A stretch of DNA of 64,000 nucleotides from Lama guanicoe (GCA_013239625.1 MU053652.1:3275902-3339901); one strand, 5' to 3'; numbered from the stretch's first letter, positions 25,501-40,019 are shown. Numbers and translations: made by a program. The notes: a model not told the origin generated them from the letters alone.

Positions 25501-28070
25501 AGAACTAGCTCTTGGTTTCATCAGTTTTCTCTTTGCTTTTCTGTTTCAAATTTCATTGATTTTGCTCTTATCTTTGTTAATGTTATCTTATCTTATGTTT
25601 TCTTCCTTCTGCTTGCTTTGGATTTGTTTTGCCCTTGCTTCTAGATTCCTGAGGTGGGAGTTCAGATTACTGACCTAAGACTTTTCCTCTTTTTTAATGC
25701 ATGTAGTTAGCGCTATAAATTTCTCTCAGCATTGATTTAGCTGTGTCTCACAAATTTTGATATGTTGTATTTTCATTTTCATTCAGTTCAGTGTATCTTT
25801 TTACTTCCCTTAAGACTTCCTCTTTGATCCATGGATTACTTAGAAGTAGGTTGTTTTGTTACAAGTGTGTAGAGATTTTCCTGTTATCCTTCTGTTATGG
25901 ACTTGCAGGTTGAGCCCATTGTTGTTACAGAATACACTCTGTATATTTTAATTTTTTAAAGTGTACTGATACTCATTTTATTGCCCAGGATATGGTCTAT
26001 CTTGGTATATGTTCCACGGGTACTTGAAAAGAATGTATGTACCCATACTTTTGCTTACTCTATTCTTTCTTTTTTCCTGATGTTCCAAGTCTCCTTCTTT
26101 TATTTTTTTTAATTAGAGAACTTCCTTTAGCCTTTCTTTAGGATAGGTCTGCTGGTGACAAATTCTCTTAGTTTTCCTGCATCTGAGAATGTCTTGATTT
26201 CCCTTCATTTCTGAAGGTTATTTTCTCCAGGTATAGGATTTGGGGTTGGCAGTTCTTTTCTTTCAGTGCTTGAAAAATATTGTGCCACCTTCTTCTGATC
26301 ACTTGATTTCTGATGAGGAATCTACTTTTATTCAAACTGTTTTTCCCATACAGGTAAGGTGGTAAGGTGTTTTTTCTCTTGCTGCTTTCAGGATTTTTTT
26401 CTATAGTTTTCAAAAGTTTAACTATGATATGTCTTGGTGTGAATTTCTTTGGGTCTGTCCTGTGTGGAATTCATTCAGCTTCTATATAAATTTGTAAGTT
26501 TATATCACTTGCCAAATTTGAAAAGTTTTCAGCAATTATATCTTTTAGTACATTTTTAGTCCCAGCCTCTTTCTTCTCTTTCTGGTACTATAAAGGCATT
26601 TCATCACAGCCCAACGAGGATGCAAATCAAGGCTCCCCATCTGGCCTTTGCTGACAGGTGAGAGTGGGACATAGCTTCTTGGGCAGTGTGGCTGGAATAA
26701 GGCAGTTATTGTCTAATAGTTTTCTGTGTTGCTGTCCTTTGGCTGGAGACAGCAGGCTTTTGTTAGGGATTTTTTTTTTTTTTTTTTTTGGTCTGTTCAT
26801 TGGTATTTCTGGGTTGCTGGCTTCTTCAGCTCCAGGTCTAGGGTATTTGAAGCAAAAAACAAACAAACAAACACACACCCAGGTAACTCAACTGTCATGT
26901 CATTTCTCAGATCTTGAGGTCCCTAGTCAGTCTGCCTTCCTCTCTCTAACTATCAGAGTCTTCTTATGTTTATTTTATGTATAATATCCAGGAGGGTTTG
27001 TTTTAATTCAATCATTTTTCTAAGTGGTGTGTTATTTTTTTAATTGAGGTACAATTTACATACCATAAAATTCACCCTTTAAAAGTGTACAATTCAGACA
27101 TTTTTAGTACATTTCCAAGGTTGTAAAACCATCACCACTATCTAACTGCAGAATTATTTTTATCATCCTATGAAGAAACCCCATACCCAAAGCAGTCATT
27201 TCCCACTCCTTACTTTTACCAGTTCCCGGTAACCACTAATCTACTTTCTGTGTCTATGAGTTTGCCTCTTCTGAACATTTCATATAAATAGAATCATACA
27301 ATATGTGACCTTTTGTGTCTGGCTTCTTTCAGTGAACATAATGTTTCAAGGTTCATCATTGTTGTAGCATTTATCAGTACTCATGCATTTTTATTGTCAA
27401 ATAATATTCTATTATATTGATATTCCATGTTTTGTTTATCTGCTCATCATTTGATGGCCATTTGGTTTGTTTACACTTTTGGGCCATAACGCTGCTAAAA
27501 CATTACTGTACAAGTTTTTGTGTGAACGTATGTTTTCATTTCTCTTGATTATATACCTAGGAGTTGAACTGTTGGTCAGACAGTTAATTCTGTATTTAAT
27601 TTTTTGAGGAACTGCCAAACTGTGTTCCAAAGCAGCTGCACTTGACATTCCCACCAGCAGTGTAGGAGGGCTCTTTTTCCTCCACATCCTCAACAATGCT
27701 TGTTATTGTCCATCATCTTGATTATAGTCTTCTTTGTGGGTGTGAAGAGGTATCTCATTGTGGTTTTGATTTGCATTTTCCTAATGAGTAATGATGTTGA
27801 GCACCTTTTAATGTGCTTCTTGGCATTTATGTATCTCCTGTGGAGAAATGGCTATTCATATCATTGGCCTGTTTTTCAGTTGGGTTATTTTTCTTTTTAT
27901 TATTGAGTTATAAAAGTTCTTTTATGTACTCTGGATAGTAGATCCTTATCAGAAGTATGGTTTGTAAATATTGTCTCCCATTTTGTGGGTTGTGCAGGGA
28001 TTTTGTTGTTGTACTTAGCTGGAGGAGTGGAGAAAAGTACACCCACCTCACCTTCCTGGAAGCAGAAGTC
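22575..28070 (-). mobile_element. Long ancient L1 (L1M type) keeping its 3' end, part of ORF2, ORF1 and 5' end; younger L1 3' fragment nested at about 27035-27995
   Basis: ORF2 C-terminal remnant 23147-23329; ORF1 remnant 26168-26413 (WHNIFQALKEKNCQPQILY); minus-strand start gacttctgcttccaggaag at 28070. Confidence 0.8.
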
Positions 28071-28841
28071 TCCCAAACTAGCTTTGTAATACCTTTGGAA
28101 GTGACAGAGTTTGCTTCATTGCTTAAAAATCAATGTATTTTAAAGTTAGTGTGGGAGAATTCTTATTCTATTGTTCAATTTTTTGTTTGTTTGTTTCAAA
28201 TTTAGAAATTATTTTAAAGTCAAACTAGGGGAAATATTTTCATCTTTTTCTGTGTGTTTTTGTGACTTACTTGCCAGTGTATTCAGTACAGTGGCCTGTG
28301 GGTTATATGCCAAGGTATAGATCACTTTAGCCCTCTGGATCGCCTTCAGGGCCTGAGACAGCCCAGACCTCAGTGTTTTGTCTAGATATTATCACTTACA
28401 TATGTGTGCCGGAGGTGAAAAGTGTGAGGAGTCCTGGGTAAGAAAACACTACAGTGACTTTAAAGGCCAGGTCCGAGTAAGGAACTCCCACCTGTGGTAT
28501 GTTTTTAAGCTCTGCAGTCAGAGCAGTGGAAACAGGCACAGGAACGAGTGAGCATTTCTCATTTCTAGGCTAAATAGATGGGTCTTTAATCTTTTCTTAC
28601 CAAACAGTGAGCAATTCAGAGTTTATTACAAGAAATCAAGAATTTCGTGGCATCTCCTGTCTTCACCCAAATCACCTTCTACTGAGTTCTTCAAACACTG
28701 ATACCTTCTTCCTGGGTAAAGATTGTTTTTTATTTCTATCCTTCTGACTCTACTTCTGTTATAAACTCAAACACCAATGTAAAGCCATGGCTAGAAATAT
28801 CCGAATTATTTTGAACTTCAAATATTTCTTTTGTTCCATAG

Positions 28842-29545
28842 GTGCCTGAGTGTATCTTACCAGCTCCCCATCATTGCCAGACTGTGCCGTGAAAGGATTA
28901 TGCTTCCGATGAAATCCCTGACGGCGTTTTGTTCAGGCTCCGCTGCAGGGTTCTCATGTATTCTCAAGCACCCTCTCTGGGTTTCCGTTCCACAGCACTG
29001 CAGGCTGATTAAGGGACACTTTCCAAAGCACAGGCTCTCCCTTTGTTAGTCTCCTACACTCTTTCATTGCTGGCATTATGCTCTCATTTCAGTCTATATT
29101 CAATCTAATTTCAGATTTCTTTAGCTTTTTAAAACTCTATAGACTTTCCCCATTCAGTCTTTTCTAGCCTTATTTTTATTTTAAAAAATTCGTATTACTT
29201 TTCTTACCTCCATACAAACAAGTCATTTCCTTTTTTGCTTCTTTAGTCTTTACTTTCCTGAATATCTGCTAATAGCCTTGATCTTAAGCACTCCAACTCA
29301 TTACAGACTAGGTACTCTTCATTTTTATTTGGTATTTAATTCTGTTTCTTATGTCAAAGGAAGAAACGTATGTGAAAGCCTTTTACAAACCAGAAAGCAC
29401 TATGCGCTCGTATAACGTATTGAGATTAACAAAGGACCACTGTGCCTCTTTTCACGCTTTCTGCTCCTTCTGAGCCAAAAGAACTTCTCCATAGAGGAGG
29501 GAAATATTGAAGAAAAATAAAGCAATGGAGTTGTCTCTTAGCAAC
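28842..29545 (+). other. CEP41: Candidate CEP41 alternative terminal exon in intron 2
   Basis: Acceptor tttcttttgttccatag| at 28841; spliced to exon 2 it reads G-A-stop then VYLTSSPSLPDCAVKGLCFR-stop; AATAAA 29516-29521; 3' end inferred. Confidence 0.5.
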
Positions 29546-32500
29546 TGAGTTCATGCCTTATAAATCTTACCTACTTTAGATTACTGCTGCTCAAAATCAC
29601 TTGCTTTTCTTACTGGCTCAGTACAAATAATGTTACTAAATTATAGGAAAACAAAGCAAAAAATCTAATGAATGAGTCACTCAGTTCATCAATTGTGCTC
29701 TCTCTTTGCTTAGCACTATTGATATAGTTGAGTTGTCTCTTTCTCTTGATTCTAATTGTAAAACTTTTTTATACATCTTAGGTTGCAACTTAAATTATAA
29801 ACTAAGTAGAAGCTAAATACCACCGTATACATTTCTAGGTTACTTGAGTCCTGAAACACTATGGGTCATATAAGTGGTACATAACATATACGACCTATAT
29901 ATAAATCAGTTTGAGTTCAGCTTAGAGAAAATCAAGTGTCCAGAAACACAAACCAAATTGGGGTGTGGTTATTTACATTATAAAATAATTCGTTGTAAGG
30001 ATTCTTCAGATAGTAGAGCTTCATAGTATATTTCATCTAGCAAGTATTTCTGAGTGCCTCCTATGCTAGACAATGGAAGGGATAAAGATTTCTTCTGTGT
30101 GTGTGTGTGTGTAAACAGTCTTGGGCTTTCGGTATAATAAGGTAGATAAGACTTGCACACAAAACAACGGCAGTACAATGATAAATGCCTTGTGAGTGGT
30201 AAGCCGAGTGCTGCAGAAGTTCAGAGGAGGGAAAGGTCACTTCCAGCTGTGTGAGCTATTATGATTACATGGGCAAGGTGACATGTTAGAGAACTGAAGA
30301 CTAACAGAGAGTTTGTCAAGTTTAGTAATTAAGGCAAGATTGAAGAGGTAGGAAAGATGTTGGCGCCTTCAGCAGTAGACCAAGGAGTTTAAACTTTAGT
30401 CAGTAAACAATGGGGAGCCACTGACTTTTTTTTTAAATCTTATCTAAGAAAATGTTTCTAGCAGGAATGTGTAATTTCAATTGAAAAAAATTGGTCTGTT
30501 GGTAGTCTTTTAGGCTCCTTACTTTTATATAAAACAAAGATGTGTGAATAAATAAGTCAGTTATAGGATTGATTCATTTGTATTCTTTTTAAAAGTTATT
30601 CAAAAAATTATTTTCAGATGAAATTAGATCCAGTAAGATAAGCTGCTTAGTTAAGATATAACCAGTATATGAAGTGGGTGTAAAATACCACTTTTCTTAT
30701 TTTCTAAAATTATTTTTAGGGATTTTCTGTGTCAGCTGTACCCCGTCTCATTTCTCCAGTTGAAGCAGTGCAGAAATTCTCCATTTTCTCCCCCCTCCCC
30801 CAGCTTGGATGGAATGAATAGCTGTAATGAAAAGAGCTTCTTATCAATAGCCCTTTTAGACTTATTCTTAATTTTGCCAAATATTTGTATACCTCTGCAA
30901 GAGTCTTTCTCTGTCTTCTCTTTTAGTGGGAAAAACAAACAGTAGGAAGGACAGCCTACCTCACAGGGTCACTGAGAGGCTCTGCGGGTACAAAGGTGAA
31001 GCGCTGTGTCAATACTCTGAAAATGTTGATGACTGACTGAGAAATGGATTTTAGACACTTTGTTAGTGGAAACTACTATAAATTGGAAATGCAGTGTTTT
31101 AACAATAAAAACTATATAATGAGGTTGGCTACTGTTTCCCATGCATAGTGTGCCTCAAGGAATTTAGAGCATAAAATGGTTCCCACCTGCTACAGTAAAG
31201 GAAGTAACACTTCCTACATATTTACCTCACAGTGAAATCATGTTTTTAAAACAGCACAGCTAGAGAAGCTATGTGTTTTTGTGAGCCATATTAGCAACCA
31301 GGAGATTAGGAATACTAATCTGACTTGCTTGCAGTTACTTGCAGTTACTAAGTTGCTGTGTCACTGAGCAAGTCAGTAATCCCTTTTTGTACCTTAGTTT
31401 TCTGACGATTCTGGGAGGAAGCTCAAAGCTTCTCTGACCAAAGCAAACTAAGCGCTGTAATCAACGACATGGCACTATAAGGGACTCGGGAACGTGTAAC
31501 CAGAAGCTACTGTGTAAAACAGCACAAGAATAAGACTGGGGGATGCTGAACAACACACCACTGGCCCTGCCTTCTTTGCCTGCTTGCTGACCAGTCAAGC
31601 TCCTGCCTGAGTACTGAGTTGCTGGGGAGAGGGGTGTGAGGCTGAGGAGCTCACCGTGGAGATCTCACTACTTTCCAGGTCAATTCCAACCTGAAGAACC
31701 TAGAAAAGCTCATGTTTGGTTCTAATACTGGTCTTTAGTGCTATTTGGACCTCTTCTGAGATGTTCCCAGTATCTGTCTTGAGAAGGCTGGGGCCTTCTG
31801 AGCACCCCTGACAAATGTCATGTCTCTCTGAGCTTTGGAAGGATATTGTCTGGATCCAGGACTATACTAAGTCCTATTTTTTGGTTCTGATTTAGGGACT
31901 GTGTGTCTTTAGATGAAAAAAAAATTTTTTTAACTCAGTGGAGTTTTATCCCATGATGAATTTATGGTAAAGATTTAATAATAGCAAAAGACATAAGTTA
32001 TTTTTTTGAAAATGTATTTTGGGTTTCAGAGCAAGAACTTTCTTTCTCTGCTTCACCTAAACATGAAGGTTCAGAATAGTACTTGAAAACACAGTTCATG
32101 CTATTAATTGGAAGCATTTCTTTTGTCTGAAGTTGGGACTGAATCTGACTAGCTCCTATCAAGGTTTAAGTTAGAAGCACAAAATCAGAAATGAGGTTTT
32201 GAATGGTTGATTTTTCTTGTTGTTGTTACACCTTTTAGATGCCAGATAGAGCTTGCTGTGCTGAATTGAATCAAATCGAGCATGCTCAGTAAAAAATAAT
32301 AGCCCCTGGCTTGAGAACTAGACTTTAGTTCATTCGGAAGCCAGAATGATCCTGGCCCAGTTTTAATGCGTGAAAACTCTCCAAACCACCTTGGCTAGAA
32401 AGTAGTGTTGTAGAACCAGGCTGTAAAACATGAGGGCTGGGGACTCTCCACGGTGGTGGGAATCTGCTGTCATTTCTCAGCAATCAGATCCTTGGTGAAT

Positions 32501-33040
32501 GTGGTGTGCAGACTGTGTGGTCTAGTTTAGGCTGCAACAGCAGCACAAATAGTGGGACCAAGTTCAGGAAACAGGAGGAAACCACAGAGACTTAGCAGAG
32601 AGGAAGGGGTTGCTCGGGTGGGCACCATGGCACATTTTAGACACTCAGAGGTCACTGCTCTTTCTCTTCCTCTGCATATCTTCCCCACAAAAAAACGTAT
32701 GGGGGGTGAGGGGGATAAAGAAGGAAAGCTTTAACTCAGAAAGAAAAAAAATTACATAAAGTGATCATTTTTACTGCCTGGGGGGAGTTCTTAATGTTTA
32801 TTAGGTGTGCAACTCAGTTTAAACACGTTTGACCAAAACATTTCCCTTGATTCCTCCTCATCTTTTAGTGAGGCTGTATAATGCAAAAGACTATTTACCA
32901 TGTCTGATCCATTTGTCTACTGTAATTTTGTAAGAACTGGATGGAAAGGCTCAGGGAACACTTGTACTCCATTCTGTTTTCACACTGTTACTCATTGTCT
33001 TCCATTAAAAGCATATCTAAAATCTTCCTTCTCTTTTTAG

Positions 33041-33088
33041 GTAACAGTATGACTAAATACATTGAGAAGCTAGAAGAGATCAAAAGAA
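33041..33088 (+). CDS. CEP41: CEP41 exon 3 (GNSMTKYIEKLEEIKR-N)
   Basis: ctctttttag| ... GAA|gtgagt; 48 nt, phase 1-1. Confidence 0.95.
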
Positions 33089-36000
33089 GTGAGTAACTCT
33101 ATTGATGGTTTGAGATAATGGAACCCTGTAGTTGTTCTATAAGTTGGTTATTAACAACCCAAACCACACTCTACAGCTGACACACACGGAGAGCTATGGG
33201 AGTCAGGTGAGCCTGGCAGGTGCCTAGACGGATGTGGGAAACACTGTGTGCCATTCTGGTCAGCTGCTAAGATCATGGTCTCTGGGTCTGAGTTCTGTCT
33301 GACTTAGATCCTGTAGGAGATATTAACGTGGAGTGACCTCTAGTTAAATAGTGAGAACCCAAGCTTCTGGTTTCATTGTACAGCAGTCTTATGACCTTTA
33401 TTCAAAGTACTTAATCTTCCCTATTTTCTTATTTTCTCTATACCTGAGATAGGAGTAATAATATCTCTCTTATTTCATAACATTCTTTTAAGTATAAATT
33501 CAACAGTATTCATGAAAGACTTAGAGGTATGAGAAAGAAACAGCTTATTCTTAGAGTAGTGTTATGTATTATAAATTCATTGCAGTCTGCTTTCTTTTAA
33601 TTAAAAATCGTATTTCATGCACACCCTTTTTCAAAACTAATCTTCAGCAAAGATAGCCTACCAGTCATTGAGTGCATTGCCCTTGCACAAAATCATAATT
33701 TTTCAGTCTGTGTCCAAAACAGCTGTAAAATGTACACATCTAGGCCAGCATTCGAGAAGAAGTAGGAACATCTATTTTCTAAGATGGATTTGCTCATAGC
33801 TTCAGGAAGAGAACCCAGTGCTAGGGGAGTATTGAGCTAATGGCAGTAAGGAGGTGCTCTGATTGATAGCAGTTCAGGACTTAGCTCTGGTAATATACCT
33901 CTTCTGGGAAGAGAATATTACAAATCCAGAATTCACCAGAACTTTTATTTTTACACAGCAGACCTTTTAATTTAAATGATAATGTTTCTGTTCTTGTTGA
34001 ATTGCTGCAGTATTGAGAAACCCCGGACAATAGATGTGGGTGCAGGAGCAGCTTCGTGCCAAATGTGTTATTTGCCACGTTCAGCTATACAAGGGCTAAT
34101 GCTGTAGACATTTGTTTTCTAATATATAATATCAGTGTCCTTTTCTTCTTACATATTTTATAATATGTTTATACATTTTATGCTACATATTTAAATGTTA
34201 TATATATATATATAATGTTACATTTTAAATATTTTTTAAGTGTATATTAAAATTTTAAACCGTGAAAAAAAATCTTGTCTACTCACCTACACTTCATTGT
34301 TGTCGTCCTTAATTCATCCATGGCAGGCAAATTTCAGCTGGCCTGCTTCTGTTTTGGTTTGTAGCCTCTTCCACCTCCTATCCATTGGTAGTTGGGTGTA
34401 AGCTCACCTGTCCACACCAAAATTTGTCCCATAAAAATTGTCCTGTTCCACCCAGATTGCTGAAACCCTGTCTAAAACATTTCTTAAAAGCACAGTGTTG
34501 TTTAATATCTAAACTTTAAATGGAGCTTATCTCCCAAAAGAAATACCTTTGGATTAAAGTCCTTGAAAAGGCTTACTTCACCTTCCCTCTTTAGAAGTTG
34601 TGAGCTTCCTTTTAGTAAGACAGGAGGTTCCTCTCACCTTGTTTCACATGCTTTGTGCTGATTCCCTGACTACAGTTACTTCAGATTCTGGTTTGGGATC
34701 TACATTTTGGGAGATATTTCCTTCTTTTTTCCCATCTTCTGTTGTAGATGTTCTTTTGGGTCAGAAGGGAGGAGAATATTGCCTTGTTTTGTGACACCCT
34801 AAACCCATCACTTTTCTCAGATTACCTTAGATGCCATGTCTTTCTGTGAAATCACAAACCTTGTCCTGTTACTTCCTTTGATTTGTCCTCCACTGTGAGC
34901 CCAACTTCCCTTTGCTAATAACGTGTTTTAACAGAACACTGAAAATGCAGAATTCCTTTGTAATCTGAATATTCTTTCAACTCAGCCTGGAGAAAATAGA
35001 CACTCTATGTCTATTGACTGTTTACAAAGCCCATTCTTGGCTGCTCGTGGTTAGATGACACTAGTTGGACCCAGTGTGAAACATCCTAGATAGTCAGGTC
35101 TCTGTCCTTCCAGTAACTCGAGAGAGACAGACTTAGACTCCACTTACTGGAGAAGCAAAACTTGATAACATATCTGAAACTAGGATGATTTGTCTCCATC
35201 ACAGAGTTTGGGAGAAGCTACAGTAGCAAAAGCTCCATTCTTAAAGCTCAGTTTGCCCTTGCAAGGACAGACTGACAGAGCTTTCCAAGTCATCCTTTTT
35301 ATAAAATTTAAAGCTTAACTTACTGTAAAACGTCTAGTTTGGTCTTTTATCTCTGAGTAATAATGTCAGAAAGTCCTAATGATGGCTGTCCTTCTAAACC
35401 AGAACCAGGTATGTAGAGTTCAGGCTCAAATGTGCAGTGGGATTTCTAGTGCTTATGAGAGGACACTAGAAATGTCAATCATTAGAAAATAGCAGAGCCT
35501 GTTTTTTTGTTTAAGGTAATTTCTATTTAAAGGGGGTTTTAATGTGTACATTTTGTACTTAGAATGTGAAGAATTGGAGAAGTATTTCAGACTATGCAGT
35601 GATACCAAAAGATGTCAGTGGATAGGTGCCACAGTGCAAACTACTTGGAAGCTGTTAATTGTTTTCATTGGCTGATTTATTGCCATTTTGATTTACATAA
35701 ATGACTTTTGGTGAACAAGTTGGTGGCAATTGAGAGGAATACTGTAGTTTTTCACTTGCACTTTTTAAAGCTTCTGCTTAGTTTATTTGAATCTGCATCC
35801 TGGCGGGTTTTAGACGCTCCTTTGCATCTAAGTGTGTTAACTTGTTGTATCCAGAAGCTGCTATTCTAAGACTTTTCTAGAAGTAATGGTCAGTTTTTAG
35901 CCATATTGCTCTCTTCAAGACATTTTAGAACATAAGAAGCTTTAATTCCCTGTAAAAAGGAGTCTTGATATATTTATAGAAGGCTTGTTTTTAAGGTAGT

Positions 36001-36550
36001 ATTTCCTGACTCCGAGTTGTAAGGTGTTTGGTAAACCAAGCTAACATTATCCTCCAAAGTAGCTGTCCAGTCTGTTCTGGGTTTTTTTTTTTTGAAAATT
36101 CATGGAAATGATTAGTAACACCAGGTAAATAATCTTAAGTGCCTTTAATCCTTTCCTTTGTTGCTAGGAGTCTTGGTTTATGAGACAGTAAAGGCCACAA
36201 TAATTATCCAGCTAACCTTCACTAATTCTGAAATAATGAGGCAGTATTTAAAGAGTCATGGACACCAATATACAAACCTAGAATAGGAGTGAAGGGTAAG
36301 GGTGGGTGGGAGTTCAATGCTGAGAACTCATCAGAATTGGCAGTCACTTCCAGAAAAGTTTAGGGAAGCCAATTTTTAACATGCCTCCACGGGGTAAATA
36401 ATAGATAAAGTGCGATTGGCTAAATTAAAAAAAAACTGTTTAATATGAAGAATTGTTAATATAAACAAGTGCAGGAGTACCTCCATTTGAGTTGTCGTAG
36501 AACTGTAAAGACAGCTGATTAAATATTGATGTTTTAGGTTGATTTTTATT

Positions 36551-36688
36551 TTGTTTTAATTGTGGTTTTAAAAAAAAACACATAATATTTACCATAACCA
36601 TTTTTAAGTGTACAGTTCAGTAGTGTTAAGTATATTTACTTTGTTGTACAATAGACCTTCAGAATTGGTTCATATTGCAAAAATTGAA
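36551..36688 (-). mobile_element. Short L1MA-type 3' end with a perfect 16-bp TSD
   Basis: TAGGTTGATTTTTATT at 36535-36550 and 36689-36704; ccatttttaagtgtacagttcagtagtgttaag. Confidence 0.85.
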
Positions 36689-37328
36689 TAGGTTGATTTT
36701 TATTGAAGTGGAGTTGAAAGAAAACTGATACAAGAGATTGTGAGGACCCAGCACTTGCGCCCAGCACTGTACTCTAGGAAAAAGAAGTAGGGGGTTGTGC
36801 TGTGTCTCTAGCATAGTTTGTAACCTCAGGAATAGAACTGTTCTCTTTTCGGGGCAGAGATGGAACAGTGGGGTGTAAATGTCTTACCAGCTCTTGACCT
36901 AGGGCAAGTCAGCTTCTCTGGGTCTCTGTCCTCATTTGTAAAATGCAGATGTTTCTTCCCTGCCTGGTTCTGAAAAGGATTTAAAGGGCTTATTAAAATA
37001 CATGCCATACACTATGGTCAAAGTAGATATAGCATAGTAAGGAAAATGGTAGATGAATAAAATAAAGGCAAGGGGTAAAATCACTAGACCCCAAAAAGAT
37101 AGCTTATAAATTCAACTTTTGGCCAAAGCAAAGGGATAAATGAAGAGATGATACAATACCTGCGAGACTTAATTCTGAGAATATTGTAAGGATCAAATGA
37201 GATAATACTTGTAAAAGCATATAAATAACTAGAAAAATATACCGTGTAACTTGATGGCTAGAAAGAATTAATACCTCTAAGAAAGCAAAATAAGCCTGGA
37301 AAAATATTTGTCCTATCCTGCTTTTCAG

Positions 37329-37390
37329 ATTATAGATACAAAAAAGATGAGCTTTTCAAGAGACTAAAAGTTACAACTTTTGCCCAGCTG
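37329..37390 (+). CDS. CEP41: CEP41 exon 4 (YRYKKDELFKRLKVTTFAQL)
   Basis: cttttcag| ... CTG|gtaagt; 62 nt. Confidence 0.95.
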
Positions 37391-38320
37391 GTAAGTTTAA
37401 TGATCTTTCATTGGCGTAAAGACTGTCTAATTTGTGCTGCTTTGTGAGTATTTCTAAATTCAACTCTAGGCAAAGTTTGCAGAGGGGTTTCTTCTCATTC
37501 TTTATATTTCACCTATGAGAGGACTAACTGGTATGAAACTTTTCTTTTTTCTTTGATAAGAATTTTATAAAGTACATTCTGCTTTTTAATCATCAGATTT
37601 GTGGTTTAGGTTTTATTTTACCTTGTCCATTTAATTTGGTATTTAGAATCTAGAATTCTGGATTCTTTATTGTTTGGACATTTTTCCCTGTGGAAACCAA
37701 CTGATCTCCTGTCTATGACGAGCTCTTTCTCCAAGTCTTTCTACCATGGGCTATTCTGTTACTTTGGGAAAGTCACTTTCTTCTTTCATTTGAATATTAA
37801 GGACAAGTGTCTCTCTGGCCCCCAAACAAGGGTTCCAGCGATGTAACTCTGGCTGGATCATGGATCTCATGAGCTAAGTTGTGAAAAGGCCTTTAAAAAC
37901 TAATCAATATATTCATAATTACATTTATTTCTTTATTGCATGAAGAATTGCTGATACAAATCTGTTATTGTAAGTATTGCATTTTCAAGAAATAGCATGT
38001 TATGTTGGCCCTAGACATATGTATGAATACAGTTTTAAACTCTTATTTATGTTTCTTGTCCAAAATTATCCTTTTGGTCTTTTAAGTTTATTGTGTAATG
38101 TTTTAAACAAGTCTTTTCTTCTGGAATGAGCATCTGTGATGTAATTACCACCCCTAAATTAAGGAGACCTGCGATTTAGTCTCTAATTGAGGACACTGAC
38201 AGTGTCTTAAAACAGGAGATCTTTGATGTTTGATATTTCCTTGTCTTTTGTAAAAGACAAAATTCCCTCTGTTTAAAGACAAACATACACATCTACACAT
38301 TTCATTCTTATTTCTATCAG

Positions 38321-38390
38321 GTCATCCAAGTTGCTTCCCTATCTGATCAAACACTGGAAGTCACAGCTGAGGAGATTCAAAGGCTAGAAG
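38321..38390 (+). CDS. CEP41: CEP41 exon 5 (VIQVASLSDQTLEVTAEEIQRLE-D)
   Basis: tttctatcag| ... AAG|gtaata; 70 nt. Confidence 0.95.
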
Positions 38391-40019
38391 GTAATAAGAA
38401 TTGAGGATGTGAGGAAAATAATGGATTGACCATATGACTGAAGTACTCACCCTGTGTTCACAGGGATGTGGGACTTTGATATATTTATTTGTAATTAGAT
38501 TGTTACTCTCTGAGAAATGCTATCTGGTGCTTTGTTAATTCTTATTTCTTTTAAAAAGCGATCTGGTTTTCTGGCTGTAGCATTTATACTCTTAAATGTT
38601 TTAGATGTGTTTAATATACTAATTACTTATTTCCAACAAATAGTTTTAGTGCCTGCTGTATACATAAAGGTTACAGAACTAGGTGCTATGAGACTAAAAA
38701 GATGAATAAAATGCAGCTCTGCTTCCGCGGAGTTTGTAGCCACGAGTGTGCACGTGCACATAAGTATGTGTGTCGGGTGGGGAAAATGATAAACACAAAA
38801 TTATTAATTTGGCAGAAATTCATAATGGAGGACTGGAAGGAAACCGTCATTTGTTGAATATATATTGCTCGGTACTTCACGTGAGCTTTCTTATTTAATC
38901 TTCTCAAAAGCTCTAGAAGGAAGGTATACTTTATGGATGAGAAGCCCAAGCCTCAGAGGTTAAACTACTTGTTCAAGGTGACATAGCCAGTAAGGAATGG
39001 ACATAGGATACAAATCTGTGTGTCTCTGATAGCAACCAGTGTCCTCTCACTGCCTGTATTGCATCCTTCAGGGGTTCTGCAATGTGCCTTTCGAGAAATA
39101 CGGGGTGCCATGAGAGTTCCGTATTTTCTGGTTAAAAAACTGAGGTAGGCTTCCTCCAGGCTTTTGAGTTGGGCCCCCTTTACGGGTAGAATCTCAACAG
39201 GTGCAAGTTAAATGTGAGGCTGTTTCAGGCTCAGGAGCACCCCGAGCAAAGGCACGGAGAAGCAGCAGCTCCAAGCTTGTTTGAGGATTCGCATAATCCT
39301 GTCTGGCTGTGGTCTGAGGGCAGAGTAGGTGTAGGGGTAAGAGATAAAGCTAGAAAGATAGGTAGGCACCAGATTTCCTTTCGTAAATACCAAGTTGAAA
39401 AAGAAAACCTCTTAGGTGTTCTCTCATGAAAAGAATTCACAGAGTTAAGGTCTTTATTTCATCCTGAGGTACTCAGCTGTCAATGTGTGACTGTTTATTG
39501 AAGGGGAATGTGTTTTGTTAAGGTTGATGTAGGCCAGGAATTTGACTTTTGATTTCAAGACAAGTTTCTCAGGAAGTCTGAACACCGGGTTTGTACAACT
39601 TAACTGTCATTTCCCTGGGCTTGTTTTTGTTAGAGAGGATAAAGAGAATCTGAAAAAGACAGGAATTTATCTTTGACGGATGCCTCTCACACGGCAGAAA
39701 AATAAGGGCTCTTTGTAATAGAGATAATTGAGTCTTCTCATACAACACTCCCAATTTTAACCTGGTTATATAAGTACCTGGATTTGGTCCTTTAATTCAT
39801 TGTTGAGATGGCAACACCATATGGGCACATGCAATTTTCTCTTCTGAGATAAATTTGCACAGCAAAATAGGCTCTTGTAAAGTAGGACACCATAATGTGT
39901 GAGTAATATTAGTGTTTTTCTAGTGCTCTACACAGAATAATAACTCACTCAGGAATGCCTGTAGGACAGATTGTGTGCATATTGTCTATCTTTGAAGGAA
40001 TAAAAAAAATCTCCTTTTA

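Noticed and set aside
22575..28070. Active L1 or domesticated L1 ORF
   Set aside because: Frames are broken by many stops and an internal deletion.
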